Source of the DNA: Bugula neritina
Lineage: Eukaryota; Animalia; Bryozoa
Reading direction: 5' to 3'
Assembly: GCA_964035545.1 (NCBI GenBank)
Contig: OZ037765.1
Span: 10,674,698 to 10,738,697 of the forward strand
Length of the DNA stretch: 64,000 bases
Position numbers and translations under genes: made by a program. How positions within the stretch are numbered: position 1 is the stretch's first letter; the number at the start of each line of letters is the position of its first letter. Shown one piece after another: positions 13,301 to 26,600 of this stretch. The notes beneath the pieces are model-generated. The model was not told the origin of the DNA, did no database searches, and saw nothing but the letters and a program-made list of their open reading frames with translations.

Positions 13301-16300
13301 ATATGAATATGCAACCAGCTACTATTATATTATTCATCTTGGGGCTAGACATCTTTATGTGTCTAAAAATTTACAAAACTATGAATGAACAGTCATTGCT
13401 TACACAATATAAACGTGAATATACCAACAAATTGCTATATATGAAAAATAGTACCATATGCTTTTTCATTTACACTAAATATAAATTTCTTCATATAAAA
13501 ATAACATCAATTATGCTTCGTATATGCAGGAATTATTGCAGCTGACTATATAAAATCATTCTACAGATTATTACTTGATGAAAGCTGCTCCAAATATCCA
13601 AGGTAGGCATGTATATCATTGATTTTACTGGCTCTTGCTAATACCCAAATGGTAGATAAAATATATTTGCTAACTGCTTCAACATATTCATTACCACAAC
13701 AATCAATCATATTATTTACCCTTATATTATACAAAAGAGGAACTTGCGATATTCTATGAAAATATTGTAACAATACATTTTGAATAAGTTGATAATAGTG
13801 TTGGTATTTAGATACTCAAAGTCAAACTTGCAACATTCGCATGAAGTAAGCTGGGTCAATGACATAATTACCTGTGTGAAGCATACTTGATATTGACACT
13901 TAAGAAAGAAATAGCCAATACCAGGCCAAGTGTAGCTAGAGCCATTAGCACGCCATGTATTATTATGTTAGGCCTAATGTCTCTACGCTGAATAATTGTG
14001 TGATCTAAAGGTGCTTGGTCATAGCCATGCCAGTAAATCTCAGAAGCAAGAGAAAGATTCCCATTTGACATATTCAGCAGTCCAACCTGCCTGTAGTTAG
14101 AGCCTGCAGCAATGAACACAGGATTGGTGACATTTTCAAACCAGCAATAAATAACCAGTAGTCTATCAGTTTCTGTGATATTTGGAAAAATATCTGCAGC
14201 ACAAACATGAATTGTGGGATTAGAATACAGTTTTTAATTAGTACTAATAATCATAAAATGGCATATAATTATCCTATATGCCTGTGGTCAGCGTGCTATG
14301 ACATCACGCAACTATAAGCCTTAATTACATTTTAGAGCACTTCAGAACTTGAATGCAACATACATTATAGTAATTATATAATCTTACTGTATGAAGAAAA
14401 AACAAACCACTGGTGGGATTTGAATCCTAACACTGCTAAGAGAGTTGGCTATGTAAGGGTCAATTAAATCCCTCTGGTGGCATATTATTTATTCATACAA
14501 AGACTATTATTACACTTCATCTTGATCTTTCAACTAAATTAATTCATTTACCTTGTTTTTGTAACAGTTGTAGATAGCCCAGTCTGCTTCTCTGAAGGAA
14601 TTGCACTTCACCCTATAAAGTTTTAACCAATTATGCATTTTTATTTTATATAATATTACATACCCACAATATATGGTAGAAACAAGGCAACAAAATTAAC
14701 TGATAAAATAAAGCAAAGCAATGCAATACCACATAGGCAACAGTTACTTACAAAGTACTATACTAAAAATCTACCTAATTTTAATTTTAATAACCAGTTA
14801 TGACTTACAGTAAGTCCATTGAAACTTCCTTTAGTAATCTCTGAAGCGTTAGTTATATTGTACCATTGTTCCCAGTCTGGGTAACTTGGTTTACTATCCT
14901 CTATGAACCTATGTAAAGCATTCGCCATTAGCCAGACTCCATCATATGCATAACTCGTATATCTACTGTGTGCTGTATCTTCACTCAGTGATACAAACAA
15001 GTCTTGAATATCGTGCCTCCCTGAATCGGGTATTTCCTAAATATACATAGCAATCAGAATGTGTTATGTGTCCTAAAGTAGAATGTTCAAGCTTTCAAAC
15101 CCATATGGGCATGGCTTTCAAATATATATGAATCTTATAAAGCTGTAGTTTCATCTTGCTAGAAGAATCTTGCTAGGAACATTGCAGCATAAAACTATAA
15201 ACATATCACCCATCTAGTATATTTAATTTTGAATTATTTTTATGCTTGCATTTCAGTTGCATAAGACCGCTCTAAACTACCAAATACATTTTTTACTGAG
15301 TGGAGAATATATGGCTTTATTTAGTAATTCTACATTAGTATGCAGTTTTTTTTGTAAATATTGTTTAGTTCTTTTACAAGTGCAAGCAATAGAATCTTGT
15401 ATTGCGATGGAAATGAATTCTTCACATACATAGGAAATATTGCTTACAACATATATAAATACTGCTATAAATTGTGTATATTAATGTAAATTCATGTATA
15501 CTGGCTATGATTCAATAAGTGCAGCTACAGGAGGCTACAGAATTGTATGAATAGGCCCAGGTGGGCATCACCCTATTTAATTTATACTTACACTCTAAGA
15601 AACAACTGAGACAGCTTTCACTAAACATACTGTAGATATACTTGTATAGTGCTCCTACTAAGCTGTATACCGCAACTAGGCAAATTATGAATACAAAATG
15701 CAACTTCCTCTGCTTGAAAGATAAAAAATTTTTGTTTTTCCAATTTGATAATAGCAAACAATAAAATTATATGGCAGGTGAATGGGTCATGTATATTGTA
15801 TGCAATCCACCATTAATTCACCTCTCATTGGGACATTCTAATAGGAATGGTTGCTGGTATATATATTTCTACACTAGTTCTTCATGAACTTACTTGAGGG
15901 CTAAAGTAAGTTGCATACGAGGAATCAGTTTCAGAATAAAAAGATGTCACAATATCAACAGTGAAGTGACCGTTTAAGGTTGTCTCCATCTGTTCCCTAG
16001 TACAATTCTCAGATCCCTCCCACCAATTTGGTGGGTATGCAGTTACTTGTGTCAACAGCCACACATATCTATGGCCGTACATCTCAGAATGGTATGCCTG
16101 AAATAAATCATTGGAAACTGTATTTTCTTTTCACCCTAAAGTGTTGCACTGTAACATATCAGCAGTACTCCATTCACTGTGATCTGGTAATGTGTGCATG
16201 CACTCAGAAGAATTGCTATATGCCGTTACTTGTAATTTCAATAAAGAAATTGCTTATTCAACTATTGTATGTAATAGACTTAAGAATGGAATGAGACAAT

Positions 16301-18480
16301 TTTCCAATTACATAGAGTTGAATAAGCGCCCTAGATATCAGATATTCATATAGTGAATTGCTACAGAATACAATTATATTAATTATTTCTAACATAAAGA
16401 GAGAAACCTCAACAAAAGATATAAAGCAGAGAATTTATATAGGATATGAATAGAGGATGTGTTTGCCTACATTTAGTATACAGTTCACTAGTAAACGGAA
16501 ATTGGCATTGATTTGCTATTTCAAGAACTTGTAAATATAAGATAAAAGCAAAAATCTTCACATTTAAGAAGTAACTTCCAACTGGTAACAATAGCAATTA
16601 ACTGAGCACAAGGTGTAGGCTAACATTAATTAAACTGAAGAGCTTAACATTCAGTCAATCTTATCAGTTCAAACACACAGATCTACATATCAAAAAGTGA
16701 TGTAACTGTAAAAATTATTAAAATTTAATATTTACATATTTTAGTGTATAATTTTGAAATTCCAGTTTAATAACTTCAACTAAACAATATTAATCTTAAC
16801 TATGTTGTAATGCCATAAATGCAATTGTTATACTAGAAAGCAAATAAAATTGAGCACCAACTCTAGGTAGTGGAATTGTCACAAATGGATTATGACAGGT
16901 GACTGAAAAGAAGTATAACTATGTGGGCTGTTTGGGAGGTTTTTACTAACATTTTCATAGCATTCAAACCAAATGAAGTCAGCATAAAAAATCAGCAGTG
17001 CAACACAATCCAATAAATGGTTTCACTCTACTTTTGATAGAAGAAGGCAAACTGAAATAATTCATTGTTTAAATAAATCCTGAAAGGCATATGTGTAGAA
17101 ACACATTTACAAACACAAGTCAAACGACAAAAATTGAAGCTTACCATACATATTATCCTTTGAGCCATATCAGGACCAAAATTGCCAATAATTATTTTAG
17201 CATCCCATGCCTTGATATCAGAAAATGCAACCTCAGGGTTTTCGGTTACACTGAAAGTACTAAGAATCTTTACTCCAGCAGCTTTTAATTGAGAGCTCAA
17301 TGCATTATGTGTCTGTAAGAGAATAAACTCCAATAAATGATAACAACATATTGTTTTGGGTGACAGAAGACAAAATGAAAAAAATTATTGCATGTGTAAC
17401 ATGTTTAAATAGATTATATCAGATCTGTACATTCACAGAACATAAATCAGTTTTAAATTCAAAATTATAATATTTAGAAAAATTATCATTAAACAACTTG
17501 GTTGTTAGCTTGTTAAAAATAAGGCATATTTCAAGCCCATGTAGATTTACCTACATAAGCATATGTAGTGAATCCTGAAGAAGCATCTTGGTAGAGTAAA
17601 ACCACCCGGTTCCAGTTGTTAGACTCCAGAAATTTGACCCAGACTAGATTGTAGTCCAACTCATTTGGAATAACTCTCAAAAAGTTTTTGTAAGTTACAG
17701 AGTCAGACAGAGTTGGGTCAGTGTTGAAAAAAGAGATCTATTAAAATGAAAACAGAGACTGCCTGATTTTCACTGATGAATGAAGAATTAAAGGCTATGG
17801 CATAATTGGTTCAAATTACAAAGCATTTATAAAAAAAGGAAACCCTTAACACCAGTAGCTTAAAAACCCAGCAATTAGAACTTTAAATACGATTCAGCTT
17901 ATGAACTTTTGATATATTCAAAAATTGAAGCACATAAATAATATATAAAGCATATTTCACAAATAAAAGAATTATGGCTGAATAGTTATGAGGCAATATA
18001 TTATTACCTGCCATGTATTAAAATAAGCCATGCTTTCGGCAACTGATTTTGTAACATGGCTACAATATCCACCGTAGATAAACACTATACGCTTTGTAGA
18101 ATGGAGTGCATCAAACATTGCCTTTGTGGCTGACCCTCCATCACACTAAAAATACATCAGCTATAAGTTTATTTTATTATCTTAAAAGATACTAGGAGTT
18201 TCTGAAACATTTATTTTTAAAAAATAAAATAAAGAAATTATGAAATTCATACCTTGCTATCCACCCACTCTACGGCAAGATTGTAACCATTGAGTATGTT
18301 GTCATCTCTGTTAACATGACCTACAGCCCTCTCAATAAAGGGTTTTACACTTAGGCCAATGTGCCCCTCTTCACCAGATAATGGTAAAATACCAATAAAT
18401 GTTAAATTTTGTAAACTTGAATTCGATAATGCTATGAAGACACTAAGCACAGGCAGTGCTGAAAACGTGATCTTAGTCAT
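10373..18480 (-). CDS. GABA-B receptor-like class C GPCR, GABA-B2-like and divergent (multi-exon)
   Basis: Signal peptide, then Venus-flytrap exons ([27 protein letters not shown]; [14 protein letters not shown]; [20 protein letters not shown]; [10 protein letters not shown]; YAYDGVW). 7TM exons include [32 protein letters not shown] and [27 protein letters not shown]-terminal coiled coil follows. A phase-1 splice from 10654 to 10407 gives the final exon [11 protein letters not shown] (stop at 10373). The unspliced alternative stops at 10472. Confidence 0.85.
12494..12543. repeat. Imperfect (CA)n-rich microsatellite
   Basis: tacacacacacatgcacacagcacacacacggcacacacacagcacacat, in an intron next to a splice donor of the GPCR gene. 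Confidence 0.8.
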
Positions 18481-20676
18481 ACCTGAAACTCAAATAACAC
18501 ACTGCATGCTGCGCTGCAATATTTATAGCACTGACAGATTTAGAAGGCAGTGAACCACATGTGAACGAGTGCAACTTAAATAATGCTTCAACACGAAAGA
18601 CTGGCTACGTAACATGAGATGTCTTGCAAATATCAACGGCTTTTGTGCCACAAGAAAAATTCAATATGCGCACAATAATGATAGAAAGCATGTGTGCAAT
18701 CATAAAACCCAGAGGGATAATTTACTCTGCTTAATTAATTTATCAAAATAGAAAGTAAGTAACAGTCCTAAAGACTTAACACCCCCTGGTTATACACTGC
18801 ACATCTATAAAACCACTTAGGATCCACACCTCTATGCAAAGTATCTGAATACATACCCAAGTCAACATTACTATATGACTTATTATCTAGCAACAATGTT
18901 AGGTTAACACGCAATAAATATACAAAATTCAATACTCAACAATAAAATTAACATGAAAAGGATGTTATTTAATATGATAGAAAATATAAAAACAATATAC
19001 TACACTTATATAGAACTATACATCATTCATGTCATAGTAATCAGAAATTTATAGTAAAAAACAAGCCAATTAAGTTGAACTTGATTCAATGAATACAGCC
19101 CATTGTTAGAACCATCGTATTATAATAGATCAGTTTCAGTTAGCAATAGAAAAGCAGCTCCCATTGAATTTCTGACACTGAATTAAGGAAATTGGTTGAT
19201 ATTTGATGTCGAAAAAAGTTTCTACAAATTATCTTTCATAAGAACTTGTTACGTAAAACTTTTTCAAGTTTACTAATTTCTATAGTGGTTTGAGACAATG
19301 TGAAAAATCAAAATAATTATATCAAGTTTTCAATCAAACAGAAAACCTTTATGCAAAGTGAAAATTTATCAAGTGCACCACCAAACAAACCAAGAAAGCT
19401 GAGTGAAAACCTACCAAAAAATGCTCCATGCTCAATGTACAACAGTTAGTTAAAGAAATATAATTTTATAACTTTTTAGTTATACAATACTTAAATGATT
19501 TTTTAAAGTTTGATACTGTCAGCAATAAAACAATTTTTGAAGTTGTTTATATTTAAAATATCCTAATTTAAAATAATTGTTTCAAAAAGTAATATATTAG
19601 CTTGTTCAATAGCTAATAAAACATTTGCAGCCTTAAGCATTAGTAGAAATAAAATAAATAGTTTACCTATTACTATGGCTATTAACAACATGTAGCTTTT
19701 CTTTCTTGCTAACAATTTGTTTCCATTTAAACAAAATAGTTACAGAGTACTAAATATTCATATTAAAATATAGAAACTTCAAATGTAATCATGACATATA
19801 ATTTCATCACTCAATTGCACATAATATTTTCTCTACTGTATTTGTAAATTATATTATAGAAATATAAACTGGAAATATGATTTAAATACATATTTTAGTT
19901 TAATCTGCAGTGATAACCGACATCGTTTGCACCAAACAAATTAATTATATAAGGATACAGAAAAGGTGATTGATGATCTGCAGATACTGTTGCCTCAGCT
20001 TTTACCTAATAAAATATCACAGCAGGATGTAAACCATTGCTTTCCTAGGAAGTAGACAAAGTCTAAATACAACTCATTATTTTAAATGTGGAGTTGTCTT
20101 CTACACACTAGGAAGTAGGAGTGCATAATAACTGAATACATTTGAAACTAAATTGAAAAATCTCAATAAATACATATCAGGGTGCCAATTTTATTACACA
20201 GCTATTATTAGATTTAAAAATCAATGGTCTGAGAGCTTCACCTTGTGTTGGAAAAATGCCAATAATTTGGCAAGTATAGATTTTGGATACCTATTTTACA
20301 GTTCAAGTTATTCAACACATATTAGACATTGTTATAAAAATAGATTTCTAAGTACCAATTGGCTGAATGTCTAGCTAGCTTTGTTATCAATCTGCCTGAC
20401 TGCTTTTCAAAATGAGGCTTTGCTAACTTTAGAAACTCGGGGACTACATTGCAATGAGGAAGACACCATCTGAGTCAGACATGACTCAATTCAACTGAGA
20501 ACTTAACAATAAAGCAGTTTACTCTTTACCTGCATACAATTCTTGTCTTCCCGTAGCATGAACAATAAGAATAAAAATTAGTATTAGGTTATTTGTGTAA
20601 CTTTGCTTGGCAGCAAATTATTTTGAAAGTATGCACAGATTTTCATTAAATATTTTGAATAGTTTTTCCACTTTTA

Positions 20677-23600
20677 TTAGCAGATATTATGCTGTAAATA
20701 AAACACACAATATACCTCTTGGCTTCCACACCAAAGCCATTTTATTGTTGATTCACGCAAAATGCATAATGATTCCTATATGAAAATTTAGCATTACCTG
20801 TGGTTCTTGTTTAACTACACTGTAAAGGGAAACGAAATCCTCCCAAGCGATGTGCAGCAAATGTTCATCTAAATGAAAAAAGTGATGACACTTGAAGGCC
20901 TTGTGTAGTATTATACAAAGCTTGAAATTTCAACCAAAACAATGTTTGGATTTTTGAATGTTTCACAGAATTATAAGAAAGCACATCAAAAAAGCATCAC
21001 TAAGATAATAATTAATGTCAAATGATGCATCCATAAACCATTTTACTATCTATAATACCTGGTAATTAATTTTCTTGATGCAAACATTTTTATGCTACAT
21101 AGATTCAATAAATATCAAATTTTCTAATAATGATTGATGGCAGTAACTTTTCAAATTAACAGAATGAATTTAATTCAGCTCTTTAAAGCATACACCTAAA
21201 AGATTACAGCTCATATTAGTCTATACTAGACTAAAAAATTCATTTTATTTGCAAGTGGCCTATAAATGAGCCTCGACTAAAATACTTTTACTGAACTATT
21301 TAATACTATCCAAATAAAGCCATAGAAATATATAGAATAAAGAATATATGAAAAGACCAGCTTTCATTGCACAAAAATACAACATATGTTCAACATACAC
21401 AACTCAGGCAGTAGCTTAGAGAGATAGAGCAGCAAAGCTTCTATAACTTTAGCAGAGGCAGTTCGGATGACAGGTACATGCTAAAATACAATAACATCCA
21501 AAAACAGCTAAATAAAGCTATTTAATAAAGAGAAATAATAATAAAAAAAATCTTTAGTTTTTCATCAAAAATTCTTTTGCTATAAATTATATAAAATTTC
21601 GTCCCTGAATACCTGCAGAGGCAGGTTTCTATTGATATGCTAATTAAAATTTGGACTAGCTGCTTAATAATTGTGCTGGCCTATTATAAAAAATATGGTT
21701 ACATTTTAAGATCTATTGACTTCATCTGGCCGAGTTTTATTCATGGAAATAATCAGCCATCCTATAATATCAACCCACACATTTATTAAAAATTGGACCA
21801 ACATTACTATTATCACACTAGGAAGCAGAAAGTATCAAAATTTTTCAGTTTACCATTTTCATCATTAAACCAATTGCCCATAATACTTCCAACTGTATGC
21901 TATATATTTATGTAGCCCACTTAATGTCAGCAACCTACGGATAACAAGTCTTGCTGTAAGAAAGAATACAAAGCTTGAAACTCCAGTTCTGTAAACCCTG
22001 TGCAGCCACTTTTGTCAGTCCATAAAAGCATAGGTTTCCTGTCAGGGAGAACAGCCCATTTGAAATATGTGTACCTGTTGGAGACATTAAATACAGATAC
22101 CACAAGCCACAGCACTAGAAGGTCAATATCAGAAGGCTTATAAGTCAACAAAACCAATAAAATGATAATTGCATTTTATCAAGCAAGGCGAGGAGATTAG
22201 CAACAAAAAACATAGTAAGACTGCAATTCCTGCACATGGTCATCATCATGTATATAAAATCTTGCATATAATACAGCAGCCAACTACATAATTACATTAT
22301 AGAACAAATGTTAATTATTAACACAATTAATTGGCACTGACACACTGCTTAAACTTAATAAAAGTGAGATCATTTTCAGTATAAGATAAGAAGATCCATG
22401 GTGCTTAAGGAGCCCAAAATGATGTTATCTTTGGTGTTGTACATTATACGTATATACATTATATGTTTTTCCTAATTATATTTTTAGATTATTAGGTGCA
22501 AGTAAGTTCAGTATTAGCTAAGTAATTAAATTGTGCACTGGTTTCGAAACTTCGTTACCAATACATGCCATAGTATAGTATTTTTTAAAAGATTCCATGA
22601 AGATAGCATGTTTCATTTACAACTAATTATGTCTCTTGACTACTTGTAAACTGAAATGGTGAATGAGGATACAATATGGCAGCCTGAATGAAAAAGACAG
22701 AGTTACAAGAAGTATCTTTGAACACAATTCATTTTAGTGGGCTTTGTATGAAAATACTTGCACTTGATTCTTTCAGTTGATTGAAACATACATATATATA
22801 AAAGTAAGAGCATACAACTCTAAAATTGCTGGTGAGAGCTTAAAATTAAGTTATTTTTATGCTATTTAAATTATATAATGACATTCGTGACCCTGCATTT
22901 ACCATAGTTGTAAATGAATTGCTTTTGTCACCAATTTTTGACCATCGAATACTTGCGCCAATGTCTCCTTTGGTATATCATATGAGTGGGTCATCTAAAT
23001 TAACATCATAATCAAGGCAAGTTATTTTGTAAGTAGAACTGATGCAACATGATTTAATAGTGTAAGTACGGGCTATACTAGTAAAAACTAAAATGTAAAT
23101 AAGACACAAATATTTTTACTATAAGACCAATTATATTTACACTAATTTAAAAAGCATGCAGAACCAATGCAATTTTCATAGAAGCAATTACTTACAGGCA
23201 TCTCAAATTTTGAAGCACAGGCAAATAAACTAGACAATAGGTTGATAGCAGAAAGACACGCATTTTCTTCAGAAGACTTGAGGGTTTTGCAGATGTATGT
23301 ATAAGTATGCTGGCCATTGATGACCATACAGGCAACTACAAAATGTATGTATATTAAATTACATGTTGATGCAAGGGATAGATACCTGGCTAAGCATTCT
23401 ATAAAAAAATTTCCAAGTGATATAATATCAATCATTTGAAAACTAACTGCTTAAATAAAATAAATTGCTATTACAGAAAAAAAAATCTTCAGTAACATGA
23501 TTAAATAAAAATTTCAACCATAGTCCATTATTTACAAAAAATAGAAGATTTTATCAAATAATGGTTATTATATACAATGAAAAGGCATGATGGACTAAAT

Positions 23601-26600
23601 GGAATGCCTTTTTTATAAATTTAACTGCAGCACAAGTGTAGGTTTCTCATGAAACATTAAAAGTATATATTTTGTTTTATGTACCAACACTTTGTTTTCT
23701 ATTTATACTCTTGTAAAATTTAGACGCAAATCTAAAAAAGCAGTCTCATTTCAAAGCAAAAGTCTATATATGCTGGAAACGATAGAGTGAGGTAAAAAAT
23801 ATTATAGTATAGCTTACAAAGGAGAAAACATATTTTAACTAACTTGAAGAATCGTCAGCTGTAATTGAGTGATACAGTATTGTTATAATAAAGTTGGTAA
23901 AGAGTACTCCATTCTGTGAGTTCTGGGTGCAGAGCATCAAATTCTCTAAAACTATAATAATACAACAAGAAACAACTGTACATACATTCATTGTGGATCT
24001 CTTATAAACAAATTCTGCTTTACTTTGATGCCAACAACTTAAAAGAGTTTTTTCAATATTTGTGAAACTTTGCCCAACTTGTTGCTTAAAATTCATAAGA
24101 GCCAAATATTAACACAGCTAATTTTTTTAAATATACATTGGTTTTTGCAACCAAATTACAATATTATGTTGAACAATAAGTTATTATTGAGAAGATTTAC
24201 CTTTTGCAAGGAGTTTAACAGTTTGCTGTTCAATATTCGTCCGATGACCAAACTGCGACACTGTATTTAAGTAGCGCAAAGGCAATATTTTATCCCCTGC
24301 AAGGTCTATAATGAGATTAAAATATAGCCAGAAATATATGCCAAAACTTCAAAAATATACGGTGCTGAGAACTAAATATGTCCTCAACTCAATGCATAAT
24401 ATTTTGATAACATAGAAATGTATTAAATGCATGCTTAGTTATTAATTGAAATCTCAAAATGTTCACCGCCATTTTACCTTCATTACTGTTCAAAGTGTTC
24501 AAGAGATGCTCGGAAAGTCGGATTTTTAAAACTTTACAAACAGCGGAAGCAGTCTTTGATGAAGCCAACAGCTGAATAAAACATATTTAGTACAATTTAT
24601 GTGTATTCAAATATACACATCATGTTTATATTATTGTATGTTAGCAGTTACAAGCCTTATAGACTATAACCTGTTACTGTATGGCTAATCAATGTCTGCA
24701 TGTGCGTTATATTTTATATGTATATAAATTTTACGCATCATGTATATCATAAATTAACTTAGTTATAAAGTAATAATTTAAGAATTTAAATTTTAGAAAA
24801 AAAGTTACACGAAGCACACATGTATATAATGCTACAGGATAAATTTGAAGTGTGTCCTCATTTATTGATAGTATAATTTTGCCACAACATTTGTATGTTA
24901 TAACATTTTTAATGAGAGTGATACCTTATTCTGCTCCAAGACAGCCTCAATAATTTCATACACTTTAACGCTATCTCCTAGCTCACCGTGTACAAACATT
25001 AGCTACCAACAGAAAAATTAATATCATGCAAAATGTATGTTGTGCTACACAATATATAGTATTATGCTCAATACTCAAAGATTAACAATACAGTTTGAAG
25101 TAAAGGTTGCAAAGTAAAAATAGTTCAAAAATAAATTACAAATCTGAGAAAATAGCTGATATGCTCACAGCATTACATTCAATGCTAAACTCAATAATAA
25201 GCAACTACTACATGAGTAGATAACTTTTGACTTCACATCGAGTATAAATATATTATACTATATACAGTTTCTCAAACTTTAGGCAAACAAAGTACCAAGT
25301 TTCATACTCAAATACAATAATATGACAATTTAGATGATTTGAAAACTAAAATGATTTCATAATCATGCTATAATTACCATAATGCTGTCTAGAACTGAAG
25401 GATTATCGATGATATAACCAATTAAAGTTTTCATTCTGCCATCAGTAGAATAATATTCACAACAAGAGCTTAGCTACAACACAAGTGCAGGTTATCAGTA
25501 GTTATATTTCACAAAAGTTGCATTATGACATTGACTTTAACCAGCATATCTTGACCAAATTTGACTCACCACAAGTTTACTAAAATAGGTTGTAATGTCA
25601 CATGTTTGAATCAGCCATTTAAGAAGTTGTAGATCTGCAGGAATCAGATCAGGGTCAAAGTTCAGCCCGTGTAGACACAAGTCAATGTTTTCAATTAGAA
25701 AAGATGGAAGACCTGTCAAAAATTTGTACTTCTGCATTTTTAAAAGTTTAACGAGCTTTAAAGAGGACAAATATATTTAATAACCGAAGCTAAATCAAAA
25801 TTAAAAGATAAATCATCTGATGAAAACTGTTGATTACAATTAATTAGAACATTTGTATACATCAAAGTAAAATTATAATAAATAATAAAAAAAAGTTTAG
25901 AAAGATTAGAGCACCTTGCTTCATCTGTGATGTAAATAATTCTATCTACAAGAAAAAAGACAGTTTCAAATTTTAACAGCAAAGACGTGTCATACAATAT
26001 ATTGCTAATTAAATACCATTTATGATGCTACTAGCTGTATATAAAATATCTATGTGGAACATGTATCAACTATTATGCAAATATTTAAATATGTCTTCTT
26101 TGACTGCTTACATATGAGCTAAACCATACAGCCTAATATAAATATTTTGGCAACAACTTTATGCCATGGAAAGCTAGCTCACCTCTGACTCATTGTCCAT
26201 TTCCATGCAGGAGATTCTCCAGCTGTTCTACTCAAAGATTAAATAATACATGGGTAGAGATACAGATGGCGAGTAAGCAGTTTTTCATACCAATAATTGT
26301 ATAATTTTACACATTTATAACTTTAACTATGCATTCATATGGTCTTTTTGACATAATATTAATTACATGTTGCAAAATTAAGGAATAACTTATCAAGCAG
26401 GCAAGTACTGTAAGAATTCAACCAGTGAAGACATGCAATTTACTTTGAGACACGTTCTGTAGTATATATCATATAATCATGTATGCCATAACTTTTTGAA
26501 CATATACTATAGATAAAAATATTATCAATAAATACATTTAGATGTTTTAATATACTACTAATATAACTAAACATTCAGCAAAAATGCATGAGAGAATGTC

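Noticed and set aside
14405-14481. tRNA-like fragment on the minus strand (GGATTCAAATCCCACC)
   Set aside because: Only a B-box/T-arm-like remnant. No full cloverleaf can be built, so at most a decayed SINE or pseudogene.
20716-20798. Candidate MEI1 exon ESLCILRESTIKWLWCGSQE
   Set aside because: It would need flanking introns of only about 22-24 nt, which is implausible without transcript evidence.
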